From a virus (taxonomy: Duplodnaviria > Caudoviricetes), in IMG/VR virus record IMGVR_UViG_3300048851_000182, positions 1 to 54,641 of that record: a DNA stretch of 54,641 nt; one strand, given 5' to 3'. Shown here piece after piece: positions 46,830-54,641 of the stretch. Below the pieces are notes generated by a model. The model saw only the letters and a program-made list of their open reading frames with translations, made no database searches and was not told the origin of the DNA. The first letter of the stretch is position 1; every line of letters begins with the position of its first letter. Made by a program: the position numbers and the translations under genes.

Positions 46830-48104
46830 ATGACGCAACCGAAATGGACTGTCTTCGATTTGTTTGCCGGGGCTGGTGGTTTTGGATTGGGCTTTGAAAT
46901 GGCAAATTTTGACTTGAGGGTTTCCTTGGAGAAAGATGCTTGGGCGATAGACACTTTAATTGCTAATAAATCCAATCCCTCCCATCTTATAATTGAGGAA
47001 GATATACGTGAATTGTGTTCCTTAGAAGCTATTGTAGATCTAACTGCTGGTGTCCAACCGGATGTTATTATTGGAGGCCCTCCGTGTCAGGGATTTAGCC
47101 TAGCTGGCCCACCCAAAGATCCTGCTGATCCGAGAAATACTCTCTTTATTAATTTTGCTAAATGGGTCGAATTTTTGAGGCCCGAGGTGTTTGTGATGGA
47201 GAATGTACCGGGTATTCTTGGCCGCAAGAATGAACAAGGTGATCGCGTCATCGACATCATTCAAGCATCTTTCAGAGATCTGGGATATTACGTCGAGGTT
47301 TGGCGACTAAATGCAGTTAACTACGGGGTTCCGCAATCTCGTGAACGTGTCTTTATAGTGGGCAATTTGCACGGAAAAGAAATTGGTAAGCCCGCCGCCA
47401 CCCATGCATCCGGCAGCAGTATAACATTAGGGGCTCTCTCGCTCTTGCCACCGGTGACGGTTGGCGAAGCCATAGGAGATCTTCCGAATATTGCGGCAGG
47501 TGAAGGAAGCGAGATTATGGAGTATAGTAAGCCAGCTATTTCAGATTACCAGTTATGGGCCCGACAAGGATCCTCTAATGTAAATAATCATGTTTCAATG
47601 CTTCATACTAAAAGAATGGTGGAGCGATACTCGCTGCTTCAAAGTGGTAAGACGCTCGACGAGATTCCAGAGCTATTGAAAGTTAGAAAGCGGAACGGAA
47701 ACGGCGCATTGTCGACCAGTTCTTATCAATCGAATTATCGGCATCTTAAAGCTGACCAAGTGTCGTTTACAATTCCCGCTTCCTTTTACTCGACGTTTAT
47801 TCACCCTTTCCGTCCAAGAAATCTTACATCTCGTGAAGCCGCTCGGCTTCAATCTTTTCCTGATCACTATGTCTTTAAAGGTAAGCGGACTCTAATATCT
47901 ACCAAACTACAGGAAAAAAAGGGAGAAGTTCACCAAGGTAATCTGTCTCAATATAATCAAATAGGAAATGCTGTGCCGCCTCTCTTAGCTTTTCATATCG
48001 CTATGAGGATAGGTAAATTCTTAAACGAACAAACTAAAAAGAGCCGGGAATTATTTATTCCGTATTTAGACACGGTCCTACAAGAAACGGTAATAGGAGT
48101 TTAA
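46830..48104 (+). CDS. DNA (cytosine-5) methyltransferase
   Basis: Motifs I FAGAGG, IV GGPPCQGFS, VI ENV, VIII QSRERVF, IX REAARLQSFPD and X IGNAVPP. Confidence 0.95.
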   Translation: MTQPKWTVFDLFAGAGGFGLGFEMANFDLRVSLEKDAWAIDTLIANKSNPSHLIIEEDIRELCSLEAIVDLTAGVQPDVIIGGPPCQGFSLAGPPKDPADPRNTLFINFAKWVEFLRPEVFVMENVPGILGRKNEQGDRVIDIIQASFRDLGYYVEVWRLNAVNYGVPQSRERVFIVGNLHGKEIGKPAATHASGSSITLGALSLLPPVTVGEAIGDLPNIAAGEGSEIMEYSKPAISDYQLWARQGSSNVNNHVSMLHTKRMVERYSLLQSGKTLDEIPELLKVRKRNGNGALSTSSYQSNYRHLKADQVSFTIPASFYSTFIHPFRPRNLTSREAARLQSFPDHYVFKGKRTLISTKLQEKKGEVHQGNLSQYNQIGNAVPPLLAFHIAMRIGKFLNEQTKKSRELFIPYLDTVLQETVIGV

Positions 48105-48108
48105 GTTG

Positions 48109-48321
48109 TCAATCTCTACCGCAATAGCGCAAATCCTTTAATTTGACCTTTATCCCGCTCTGATTCTCGGTATCAATGACATATCCGTCACATAAAACTT
48201 CCCGAACCAGTGCCTGGATTTTTATTTCTGACCCGGATCGGTGAGGTAAGTGAACGAGCTGGGCACGGTCGCCAGCTTTGAATCTGACGTTTGGCCTTTC
48301 GATTGTATCAGTAATGGTCAT
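48109..48321 (-). CDS. Small hypothetical protein
   Basis: Coupled to the upstream methyltransferase gene; FKAGDRA pattern. Confidence 0.55.
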   Translation of the reverse strand: MTITDTIERPNVRFKAGDRAQLVHLPHRSGSEIKIQALVREVLCDGYVIDTENQSGIKVKLKDLRYCGRD

Positions 48322-49448
48322 CGAACGAAATGCTTTAAGAGTAGATCACGGAACGCTAATTCTGCGGTTTGTTCGACCACTGAGTTGCCAATGGCACGGT
48401 GAAGATCTTCTGTAAAGTTGTACCCATCAATTGTATAGACCAGGCTGGATTCAAGCGTGCGCGGCTCTTCCCATTCAAACTGGAACGCCCCTTGCCCTGC
48501 CGGAAATCTGTCATAGTCCCTCTTGCAACTGCGTCCCGTAGGTTTGCAAAAGTTGAACGACCCGGACGGATCTCCGTCACTTCTTTGTGAATAGCCTTGT
48601 CCGTTTTGGGATCCATTTTGTCCATTGTAGTTGGAGTCGGCCATTTCTGATGAACAACCTGATTTTGTAGCCTGTCTAACCTGCTCTTCCCGTCCTTGCG
48701 AGTTAGGTATTCCTCCGACACTGCTCCTTTCCAGAGATTTGCGTCTGGGGTGCTCCAATTCCGAATTTGCTCCGATAGTTTGGGGGAGAAATCTTCCCTT
48801 GTCGTCCCGCCAAAGTCCGATGCCATTGGGGTGCGCCAGTTTACTACCTGATCCTCTACTCTCGATTGAGATTGCTCCTTTTCGTAGCCGATCATTCCAT
48901 TCGTCGCTACCCGTGGCGTCCCCCAAGATTGCAAGTATGAAAAGGCGTTCCCGTTCATGCGGTGCGCCAACTTCCTCCGCTGTATAGATTCCTGCCTCAA
49001 CGCGGTAACCCAGATTTCGAAGGCTGCGGTAAACTTGGTCATATCCCATGCTAAGGTGCCCTGCGACGTTTTCGAAGAAACAGCAAAAAGGTCTAACTGC
49101 TTCTGCAATTCGGTATACAAACGGCCAAAGGTGTCTTGGGTCATAAATGCCTTTTCTGTTACCGGCAAATGAAAATGGCTGACACGGGTACCCTCCAAGT
49201 AGGATGTCAACGAGACCTCGAAACGGTCGCGGGTCGAAGGTTTTAAGGTTCGTCCAGATAGGTGCCGGAGCCACCAAACCCGCTTCCATTGCAGCGAGAA
49301 GGTTTTCACAGATAAAGGCTTCGATTTCCACATAAGCGGCGGTTCTGGATTCTGGAAATACTCTTTCAACTCCTCGTTCGAGTCCGCGTAGTCCTGGGCA
49401 AAGGTTGAGGAGAGTGGGTGATTGTTTGGTAAGATCCACATGGTGCAT
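48318..49448 (-). CDS. C5 DNA methyltransferase, catalytic (alpha-like) chain
   Basis: Motif I variant LCPGLRG, IV GGYPCQPFS, VI FENV, VIII PHERERLF, X AIGNSVV; no motif IX. Confidence 0.88.
   Translation of the reverse strand: MHHVDLTKQSPTLLNLCPGLRGLERGVERVFPESRTAAYVEIEAFICENLLAAMEAGLVAPAPIWTNLKTFDPRPFRGLVDILLGGYPCQPFSFAGNRKGIYDPRHLWPFVYRIAEAVRPFCCFFENVAGHLSMGYDQVYRSLRNLGYRVEAGIYTAEEVGAPHERERLFILAILGDATGSDEWNDRLRKGAISIESRGSGSKLAHPNGIGLWRDDKGRFLPQTIGANSELEHPRRKSLERSSVGGIPNSQGREEQVRQATKSGCSSEMADSNYNGQNGSQNGQGYSQRSDGDPSGSFNFCKPTGRSCKRDYDRFPAGQGAFQFEWEEPRTLESSLVYTIDGYNFTEDLHRAIGNSVVEQTAELAFRDLLLKHFVR
48356..49441 (-). CDS. Overlapping +1-frame chain (beta-like) carrying motif IX and WxTP repeats
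   Basis: 361 open codons nested in the methyltransferase gene; WGTP, WRTP, WSTP, WPTP and RLNPAWSIQLMG. Confidence 0.75.
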   Translation of the reverse strand: MWILPNNHPLSSTFAQDYADSNEELKEYFQNPEPPLMWKSKPLSVKTFSLQWKRVWWLRHLSGRTLKPSTRDRFEVSLTSYLEGTRVSHFHLPVTEKAFMTQDTFGRLYTELQKQLDLFAVSSKTSQGTLAWDMTKFTAAFEIWVTALRQESIQRRKLAHRMNGNAFSYLQSWGTPRVATNGMIGYEKEQSQSRVEDQVVNWRTPMASDFGGTTREDFSPKLSEQIRNWSTPDANLWKGAVSEEYLTRKDGKSRLDRLQNQVVHQKWPTPTTMDKMDPKTDKAIHKEVTEIRPGRSTFANLRDAVARGTMTDFRQGKGRSSLNGKSRARLNPAWSIQLMGTTLQKIFTVPLATQWSNKPQN

Positions 49449-49456
49449 TGGTTGCC

Positions 49457-49975
49457 TTATCTGAAATGTAAAATTGTGTAAATAGCATCCCTGACATCAT
49501 CATTCATCCGGTGGGATAATCCGGATTCTTTCTGCACATAATTCCGGCCGTGCTCGGACCAGGATCCGTCCAGGTCTTTGAAGATTCCCTTTTTAAGTGG
49601 TGAGAATTCGTTAACCGCATAGGCGGCCTTTCGCAGGATCTTGGCGATCAGTTTGCCGGTTGCGTGATTCTCGCCGACGTTGCGGGCTTTGGCCTGAGCG
49701 GTATAGTAATTGCCGCCGCGGATGTTGTGCTTTTTAATCTTCCAGCCGGCTTCGATGTAAATGGTTGTTTCTTGCGGCGGTAATCCGGCCAGCGCTTCAA
49801 GAATGCTTTCAATGCTGACCGACTTGGCAAAGAGCCATTCCCTGGTTTTCGTGTTCCAAGCTGCGATCCCGGAGGCATTCAGATCCGGGTCGATGGCAAC
49901 TAGGTATGGGGTGGGACAATTGGAGCGTGGGATGAATTTCATAGCTGCATACCTTTTGAAGTGATTCGCCGCCAT
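49457..49975 (-). CDS. RuvC-like Holliday junction resolvase
   Basis: VAIDPD..SGIA, IYIE and DVRDA acidic residues of an RNase H fold. Confidence 0.7.
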   Translation of the reverse strand: MAANHFKRYAAMKFIPRSNCPTPYLVAIDPDLNASGIAAWNTKTREWLFAKSVSIESILEALAGLPPQETTIYIEAGWKIKKHNIRGGNYYTAQAKARNVGENHATGKLIAKILRKAAYAVNEFSPLKKGIFKDLDGSWSEHGRNYVQKESGLSHRMNDDVRDAIYTILHFR

Positions 49976-50328
49976 TTTTCTGTCGCATCATACCGCAGGT
50001 GGCATATCTGGCAAAGTGCTTTCAGCCGATCATCGGCAACTTTGTGGTTTTCTTCATCATGGTCCAGGTGCGCGATGGTTAGCACAACCTTTACCGGCCT
50101 GACGTCTCGCCAGTCAGTATTTTCGCGTTCCGCGTCGCGTTGGCTGCTAAACCAGATACAGCGAGCCTTATAGCGTCCGGCTTCATCCTTTACTGTCAGC
50201 TTGATTGAGAATACCGTCGCGCCATGTTCAAGGCCGCAATCTTCGCAGCAGTTGTTTGCTCTGGCCATGATGCGCGGCCGGATTGTTTTCAGCCAGTCAG
50301 GCGGATAGCGATTGTAGTCGATTGGCAT
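49939..50328 (-). CDS. HNH-family nuclease-like protein
   Basis: CEDC ... LTIAHLDHDEEN ... LCQICH; start placed at MPIDY. Confidence 0.8.
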   Translation of the reverse strand: MPIDYNRYPPDWLKTIRPRIMARANNCCEDCGLEHGATVFSIKLTVKDEAGRYKARCIWFSSQRDAERENTDWRDVRPVKVVLTIAHLDHDEENHKVADDRLKALCQICHLRYDATEKWRRITSKGMQL

Positions 50329-50330
50329 AA

Positions 50331-51227
50331 TTACCTTCTTCTTGATTTTGCAGTTGATGGATATTCGATAACGTTGCACATCTCTCGCAGCCGGTCAGCG
50401 ACGCGGGCTCCATAGAAGCTTTCAAGCTCATCCATTGCCAGATTGCTGGTGAAGTGCGTAAAATAGTGCGGGTATTTTTTGTGCCGTATCTGGATGATCT
50501 CGCCCATAACATTGCGTTCGTTCCCCATGTGCTTGCCGAGAGGCTCGGCTCCGAGGTCATCAAAGAAGCGTCCGAGCTGCGGTTGAGCGAAATACTTCTC
50601 TCGGCTGGTGTTCATCGGACTTTTGCCATATTCTTCGAAAACTGCCGGTCCAATGTCTTTGGTAGAGTACTGCTCGACGATGTCCTGACAATCGTGCTGC
50701 GAGTAAGAGAGCTTCGGGTTTTCATTGCAAATCCGCATGAGCTCCGTTTTTCCGCAACCTATCGGCCCGATCAGTAGAATTCCCTTGTTGAACGAGAACG
50801 ACGGATCCACTTTCAGAAAGTCAGGATCAACTGTGAAATACATGCAAAGGGTGTTGATGATCCCTTTATTTTGCTCGTCAATTTTGAACGCGTCTGGCCA
50901 TAATTTATCTGTAGACCTAGCTTTGCCTACGGCAAGTATGATTTCACGAAATTTCACCTTGTCCAAGGCTGGAAACTGCGGCTGCTGGCTGACCTTTTTG
51001 GCGTAAGCCTGATTGTACAGCTGCTGACCTTTTTCCAGCCTCGCATTGTCGATTGCTACGCGGATCGCAACTTCGACAACCGCGTCTTCTTCTTCTTCGG
51101 TTAGTTCCGGCAAAACTCGTTCACTAGAATTCCACGTGCGCAACGTTTCCAGATCCGCTTCGCTTAGATGGTTCAGCGATGGACGTAGGACGTAGCGTGC
51201 TGCCGCTTCGTGTGTTGGATTTTCCAT
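50331..51227 (-). CDS. DnaC/IstB-like ATPase (helicase loader)
   Basis: GPIGCGKT, FFDDLG, FTSNL and RVADRLREM; follows the initiator gene. Confidence 0.85.
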   Translation of the reverse strand: MENPTHEAAARYVLRPSLNHLSEADLETLRTWNSSERVLPELTEEEEDAVVEVAIRVAIDNARLEKGQQLYNQAYAKKVSQQPQFPALDKVKFREIILAVGKARSTDKLWPDAFKIDEQNKGIINTLCMYFTVDPDFLKVDPSFSFNKGILLIGPIGCGKTELMRICNENPKLSYSQHDCQDIVEQYSTKDIGPAVFEEYGKSPMNTSREKYFAQPQLGRFFDDLGAEPLGKHMGNERNVMGEIIQIRHKKYPHYFTHFTSNLAMDELESFYGARVADRLREMCNVIEYPSTAKSRRR

Positions 51228-52167
51228 TGGATGATTTGGAGTTGAATTTTAAGTCGTTCTCGTGCCAGGTGACCAGTCGGCCGGGAAGGTGCCAGGTACC
51301 CCGCTTTGAGTTCAGTTCCCGATACCATTTCGGCACACCCTTTCGGTCTGGCGTAGACCAATGCCGAATGAATTTTGAATACATGTCCAGAGAGTACTTC
51401 TCTGGATGATCTTCGTGATATTTCTTACATGCAGCTTGCAGGACTTTGCAGGTGGCAACCTCGTCTTTAAAAATCAGGTCGTACGGTTTTTGTTTTTCCC
51501 CACACCCCTTTTCAACTTCAGTTAAATCCTTTTTGTTAATAGATACTTCTTTAGTATCTATATATAGGTCGCCTGATGCTGCATGCGGTAAAGTTTCTTT
51601 ACCATCTTGGTCAAGTTTCTTTACCGGTTCTTGATTTTGTTCAACGTTTTCCCGCTCTTGTTGGTAAAGATTCTTTACCGCACCCGTTTTGATCGGTAAA
51701 GTTTCTTTACCACTATTCTTTTGTAAGTGGTAAAGTTTCTTTACCGACAAACAGTCTTCTGGTAAAGTTTCTTTACCACTAACATTTGTATAGCGGTCAA
51801 CTTTCTTTACCGCATCAGTGCTTTCCGGTAAAGTTTCTTTACCGTCAATGGTGAAGCTCGGTAAAGTTTCTTTACCATCCTGTTGGGTAAATTCACTTGC
51901 CTTGGTAAAGTTTCTTGACCACTGATCGGAGCATTTGAGCCGACCTCCGGCGTTTACAATGTATCCCGATTGGTCAAGTTTCTTTACCAGATCAATCGTC
52001 GCTTGTTTGGAAACACCCAGATTTGCAGCCATATCGTTGCGCGTCATCGTACAATACTCTTCGGTTTTAGTCAGAAACTGAACCAAAAAGCACAGGTAGA
52101 ATTCATTCCAAGAAAGTCCTAAGGCAATCCGGATGTTATTGAACTCGATCATTAAGCGTATTGTCAA
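51124..52167 (-). CDS. Phage replication initiator
   Basis: N-terminal HTH (RNDMAANLGVSKQATIDLVKKL), central iteron-encoded repeats, upstream of the DnaC-like gene. Confidence 0.8.
   Translation of the reverse strand: MTIRLMIEFNNIRIALGLSWNEFYLCFLVQFLTKTEEYCTMTRNDMAANLGVSKQATIDLVKKLDQSGYIVNAGGRLKCSDQWSRNFTKASEFTQQDGKETLPSFTIDGKETLPESTDAVKKVDRYTNVSGKETLPEDCLSVKKLYHLQKNSGKETLPIKTGAVKNLYQQERENVEQNQEPVKKLDQDGKETLPHAASGDLYIDTKEVSINKKDLTEVEKGCGEKQKPYDLIFKDEVATCKVLQAACKKYHEDHPEKYSLDMYSKFIRHWSTPDRKGVPKWYRELNSKRGTWHLPGRLVTWHENDLKFNSKSSNGKSNTRSGSTLRPTSIAEPSKRSGSGNVAHVEF
51587..51988. repeat. Eleven 17-bp palindromic iterons, putative replication origin
   Basis: GGTAAAG-TTT-CTTTACC and variants at 51587, 51609, 51663, 51695, 51729, 51761, 51795, 51827, 51860, 51904 and 51972. 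Confidence 0.88.
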
Positions 52168-54641
52168 AAGAGAGTTAATGCCGACATCTTCGCGTCAGCT
52201 GACTTGGCATGTCGAATGCTATCTTTCCAGTACTCAGTCTTCAACTCGCAGCCGTCACCGAACCTGCCCATCTTCACAGCTTGGTAGACCACGGATCCGA
52301 TTCCGTTGAAAGGATCTGCTACAACATCGCCCGGATTGGAATACCGTTCAATACACCGCTCGATGATGTCGAGCTGTAAGGGGCAAATATGCTTGGTCAG
52401 ATTCTTGCGTGTCTGCGTTCCGTTCAAGGTATTTACACGGCTGATATCATCCCATATCTCTGTACTAAGCGCCTGAGGAGGTACGGCCATGAAAGTCCGT
52501 GGCAACATCTTTACCTGGTCCAGCTTCTCACAAATCTCGATATGCTTGTGATAATCGTAACGTTCGGTAGTGTCGAGTGCTCGCCATGCTTTCAGCACGT
52601 CAGACAAGTCCAGCCGTTTCAAATATTCAGGATCAATCAGCCGCTCACCTGATGTTTTCCAGTGAGCATGTGCGTCCAGTTGCCATCGGGCAAGCGTATA
52701 CTTCTCTTTTGAGTGATGGACTGGTTCATCAGCATACGCGTTTTCTGATCCCGTAGGCGGCTTGCGAAAGATCAGCACGTATTCTGGCAAGCCTGCACCC
52801 ATCTTGGTCATGTCCTTGCAGGCTTCCGTCCAAGAAAGCCGGTAAGTTTGATTGTTTTCCTGAACCACGTCGGTGTCGATGGTGATACGTGAAAGCAGGT
52901 GAAAGCCATGTTTTCGAAAACATGCTGTTGTGTCATCCGAGAATGGGTCTATGGACGTAAAGCCTGTTCCATTCATATAGCTGTACCGGATCCTATCTTT
53001 CACATGGATTGCCGCGATTCGCCCGGGTTTCAGGCAACGGTATAGATGGGGAACCAGAAAATCCATTTGCTCAAAGAACTTCTCGTTGGTTTCATTGTGC
53101 CCAAAGCAGTTGTAATTCTCTGAATATTCGTAGTGATTTCCGAACGGAATACTGGTAACGATAAGCCCTATACTGCAGTCCTGTTTTCGGGAATATTCAT
53201 CCACTGAATCATTGTTGACCTGGATCCAGTTCGAGCCCCTCGCCTCTTGCCGGCCCGTAAACATCTCACGTTTGAGCTGGTATTGGTATAGGTCGGAGTT
53301 GAGGCCGAACTCTTGAATGATCGTGGTCATCTCAGATTGCAGGTTAATGTGCTCCTGCCATTTCTCTTCCAGCGTCCGCAAAATTTCAAGTTCAGCGTCG
53401 GTGAAGATCAGGTGTAGGTGGCATTCATGTGCCTGCATAAACCTGTATACCCGAAAGACCGCCTGTATGAAATCGTTAAATTCGTAGTTGATCCCTACAA
53501 AGATGGCATTGTGGCAGTGGTATTGGAAATTGCTCCCACTTCCCAAGATCGACGGTTTGCTGGAAAGATATTTGAACTCACCTTCCGAAAAGCCCTCAAT
53601 GTATTTTTCCTTTTCGTCAATTGATTGGGAACCGAAAACCGACTTGCAATCGTCTCCGAGCGTCTTTTGTATTTGAACACGCTCATCTTCCAAGTGGTGC
53701 CAGGCGATGAAATGATCATCGGGGCTTTCGTCAATGATTTCCTTCATTTTGGCAATCCGGTGGGGCATGCTCAGCCGCTTCTCTTTGGCTGCTTCGGGCA
53801 GGCTGCTCGATGAATCGGGAATGAAGGTTGATTGGCCGGTTTTCTTGTCCACCTTCGTCTTACGGTCAAAAGTGACCATGTGCCGGTGAATGACTAACGG
53901 AGGAAGCACATAACCCGTATCATCGTATCCCAGATCTGATGGTTTGGTGATGAATACAGCCCAGCTCGACATCCAGAACCAGAATTCCTTTTCTCGCTTT
54001 TTGTACAAGGTGAGGTTTCCGGCCGTGGTAGAATCACGCTGGAAGAACCTTGTAAGTGCCTGCCCTCGATCCATGATGCCAAGGTATTCTGCATAGTTGA
54101 TCAGTTCCAGGTACCGGTTTGGTGATGGTGTCGCTGTATGGACAAACCGAAACGGAACGTTGCCAAATGTATCCAATATGGCGTTCGTGGTGTCTGTTTC
54201 CAGATTACGCAGGCAAGAAGCTTCGTCGAATGTAACGGAAATGAATTTGGATGCATCGATGTCGCCCTTCCGGATCCGCTCATAATTGGTGATGTAGTAA
54301 GGCAAGCCTTCTTCTATCTGATCGTTATTGGTGATGTACTTGATCCGCTCGATTCCCAGCTTCTTCCCGTCCTTTGAGAATTCCCGCTTCACACCGAGCG
54401 GGCAGACGAACAGTACGTTTCCACCTTTGTAGGTATGGATTAAACGGTTTGTTTCCAGCTGCATGATTGTCTTGCCCAGTCCGAAGCTGGCAAAGATCCC
54501 GCGCCGTCCACCTTTGATGGACCACTGAACAATATCGCGCTGATGTGGTTTAAGGATAGGGTGAAGGTCTTCTGGGTGGATATCAAAACCCGTTTTGGGG
54601 GCAATACGGATCTTGGCTTCCAAAAAGCTTTGGTAGTCCAT
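52164..54641 (-). CDS. SF2 (SNF2-like) helicase fused to an N4/N6 DNA methyltransferase
   Basis: FGLGKT, DEAS, TATP and QAVFRVYRF; methyltransferase TSIPF, HICPLQ and DPFNGIGS (beta-type order). Confidence 0.88.
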   Translation of the reverse strand: MDYQSFLEAKIRIAPKTGFDIHPEDLHPILKPHQRDIVQWSIKGGRRGIFASFGLGKTIMQLETNRLIHTYKGGNVLFVCPLGVKREFSKDGKKLGIERIKYITNNDQIEEGLPYYITNYERIRKGDIDASKFISVTFDEASCLRNLETDTTNAILDTFGNVPFRFVHTATPSPNRYLELINYAEYLGIMDRGQALTRFFQRDSTTAGNLTLYKKREKEFWFWMSSWAVFITKPSDLGYDDTGYVLPPLVIHRHMVTFDRKTKVDKKTGQSTFIPDSSSSLPEAAKEKRLSMPHRIAKMKEIIDESPDDHFIAWHHLEDERVQIQKTLGDDCKSVFGSQSIDEKEKYIEGFSEGEFKYLSSKPSILGSGSNFQYHCHNAIFVGINYEFNDFIQAVFRVYRFMQAHECHLHLIFTDAELEILRTLEEKWQEHINLQSEMTTIIQEFGLNSDLYQYQLKREMFTGRQEARGSNWIQVNNDSVDEYSRKQDCSIGLIVTSIPFGNHYEYSENYNCFGHNETNEKFFEQMDFLVPHLYRCLKPGRIAAIHVKDRIRYSYMNGTGFTSIDPFSDDTTACFRKHGFHLLSRITIDTDVVQENNQTYRLSWTEACKDMTKMGAGLPEYVLIFRKPPTGSENAYADEPVHHSKEKYTLARWQLDAHAHWKTSGERLIDPEYLKRLDLSDVLKAWRALDTTERYDYHKHIEICEKLDQVKMLPRTFMAVPPQALSTEIWDDISRVNTLNGTQTRKNLTKHICPLQLDIIERCIERYSNPGDVVADPFNGIGSVVYQAVKMGRFGDGCELKTEYWKDSIRHAKSADAKMSALTLF

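Larger units (their letters stand above)
1300..54641. mobile_element. Integrated temperate long-tailed prophage; left boundary approximate, right end outside the window
   Basis: Integrase next to a tRNA, followed by terminase, tape measure, portal, capsid, lysis, recombination and replication modules. No second copy of the tRNA 3' end was seen. Confidence 0.95.

Noticed and set aside
48318-49448. Methyltransferase as a frameshifted pseudogene or sequencing error
   Set aside because: Both frames are open end to end, and motif X returns in the first frame after motif IX in the second; a single indel cannot produce this.
51587-51988. Regular palindromic repeats resembling a CRISPR array
   Set aside because: Repeats (17 bp) and core spacers (15-17 bp) are too short, lie inside an open gene, and there are no cas genes; iterons explain them.

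Overview
Positions 1-1340 are host chromosome: an AraC-family regulator, a truncated AraC paralog and a tRNA-Ser(UGA). Promoters of the TAnnTTTG type and signal peptides followed by Gln point to a Bacteroidota host. The rest of the window is a long-tailed temperate prophage inserted next to the tRNA; its right end lies outside the window. The plus strand carries integrase, terminase, neck/tail genes, tape measure, tail tip and fibre, a putative tail tube, then portal, scaffold, capsid and lysis genes, so head genes follow tail genes. The minus strand carries recombination, replication and methylation genes, interrupted by an oppositely oriented cassette (GHKL ATPase, putative O-methyltransferase, C5 DNA methyltransferase). 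The main observations are: (1) a hidden -1 frameshift extension of the putative tail tube that adds FGDDFGDDFGD, echoed by FSDDFSSD at the end of a tail-tip protein; (2) fibre-like and decoration-like proteins that carry Sec signal peptides; (3) a C5 methyltransferase whose motifs are split across two almost fully overlapping frames; (4) a tRNA-like RNA with no recognisable anticodon arm; (5) the nuclease-free ATPase/methyltransferase cassette; (6) a tail chaperone -1 frameshift; (7) a phased palindromic iteron array inside the replication initiator gene. All product calls come from motifs and gene context read by eye, with no database search.
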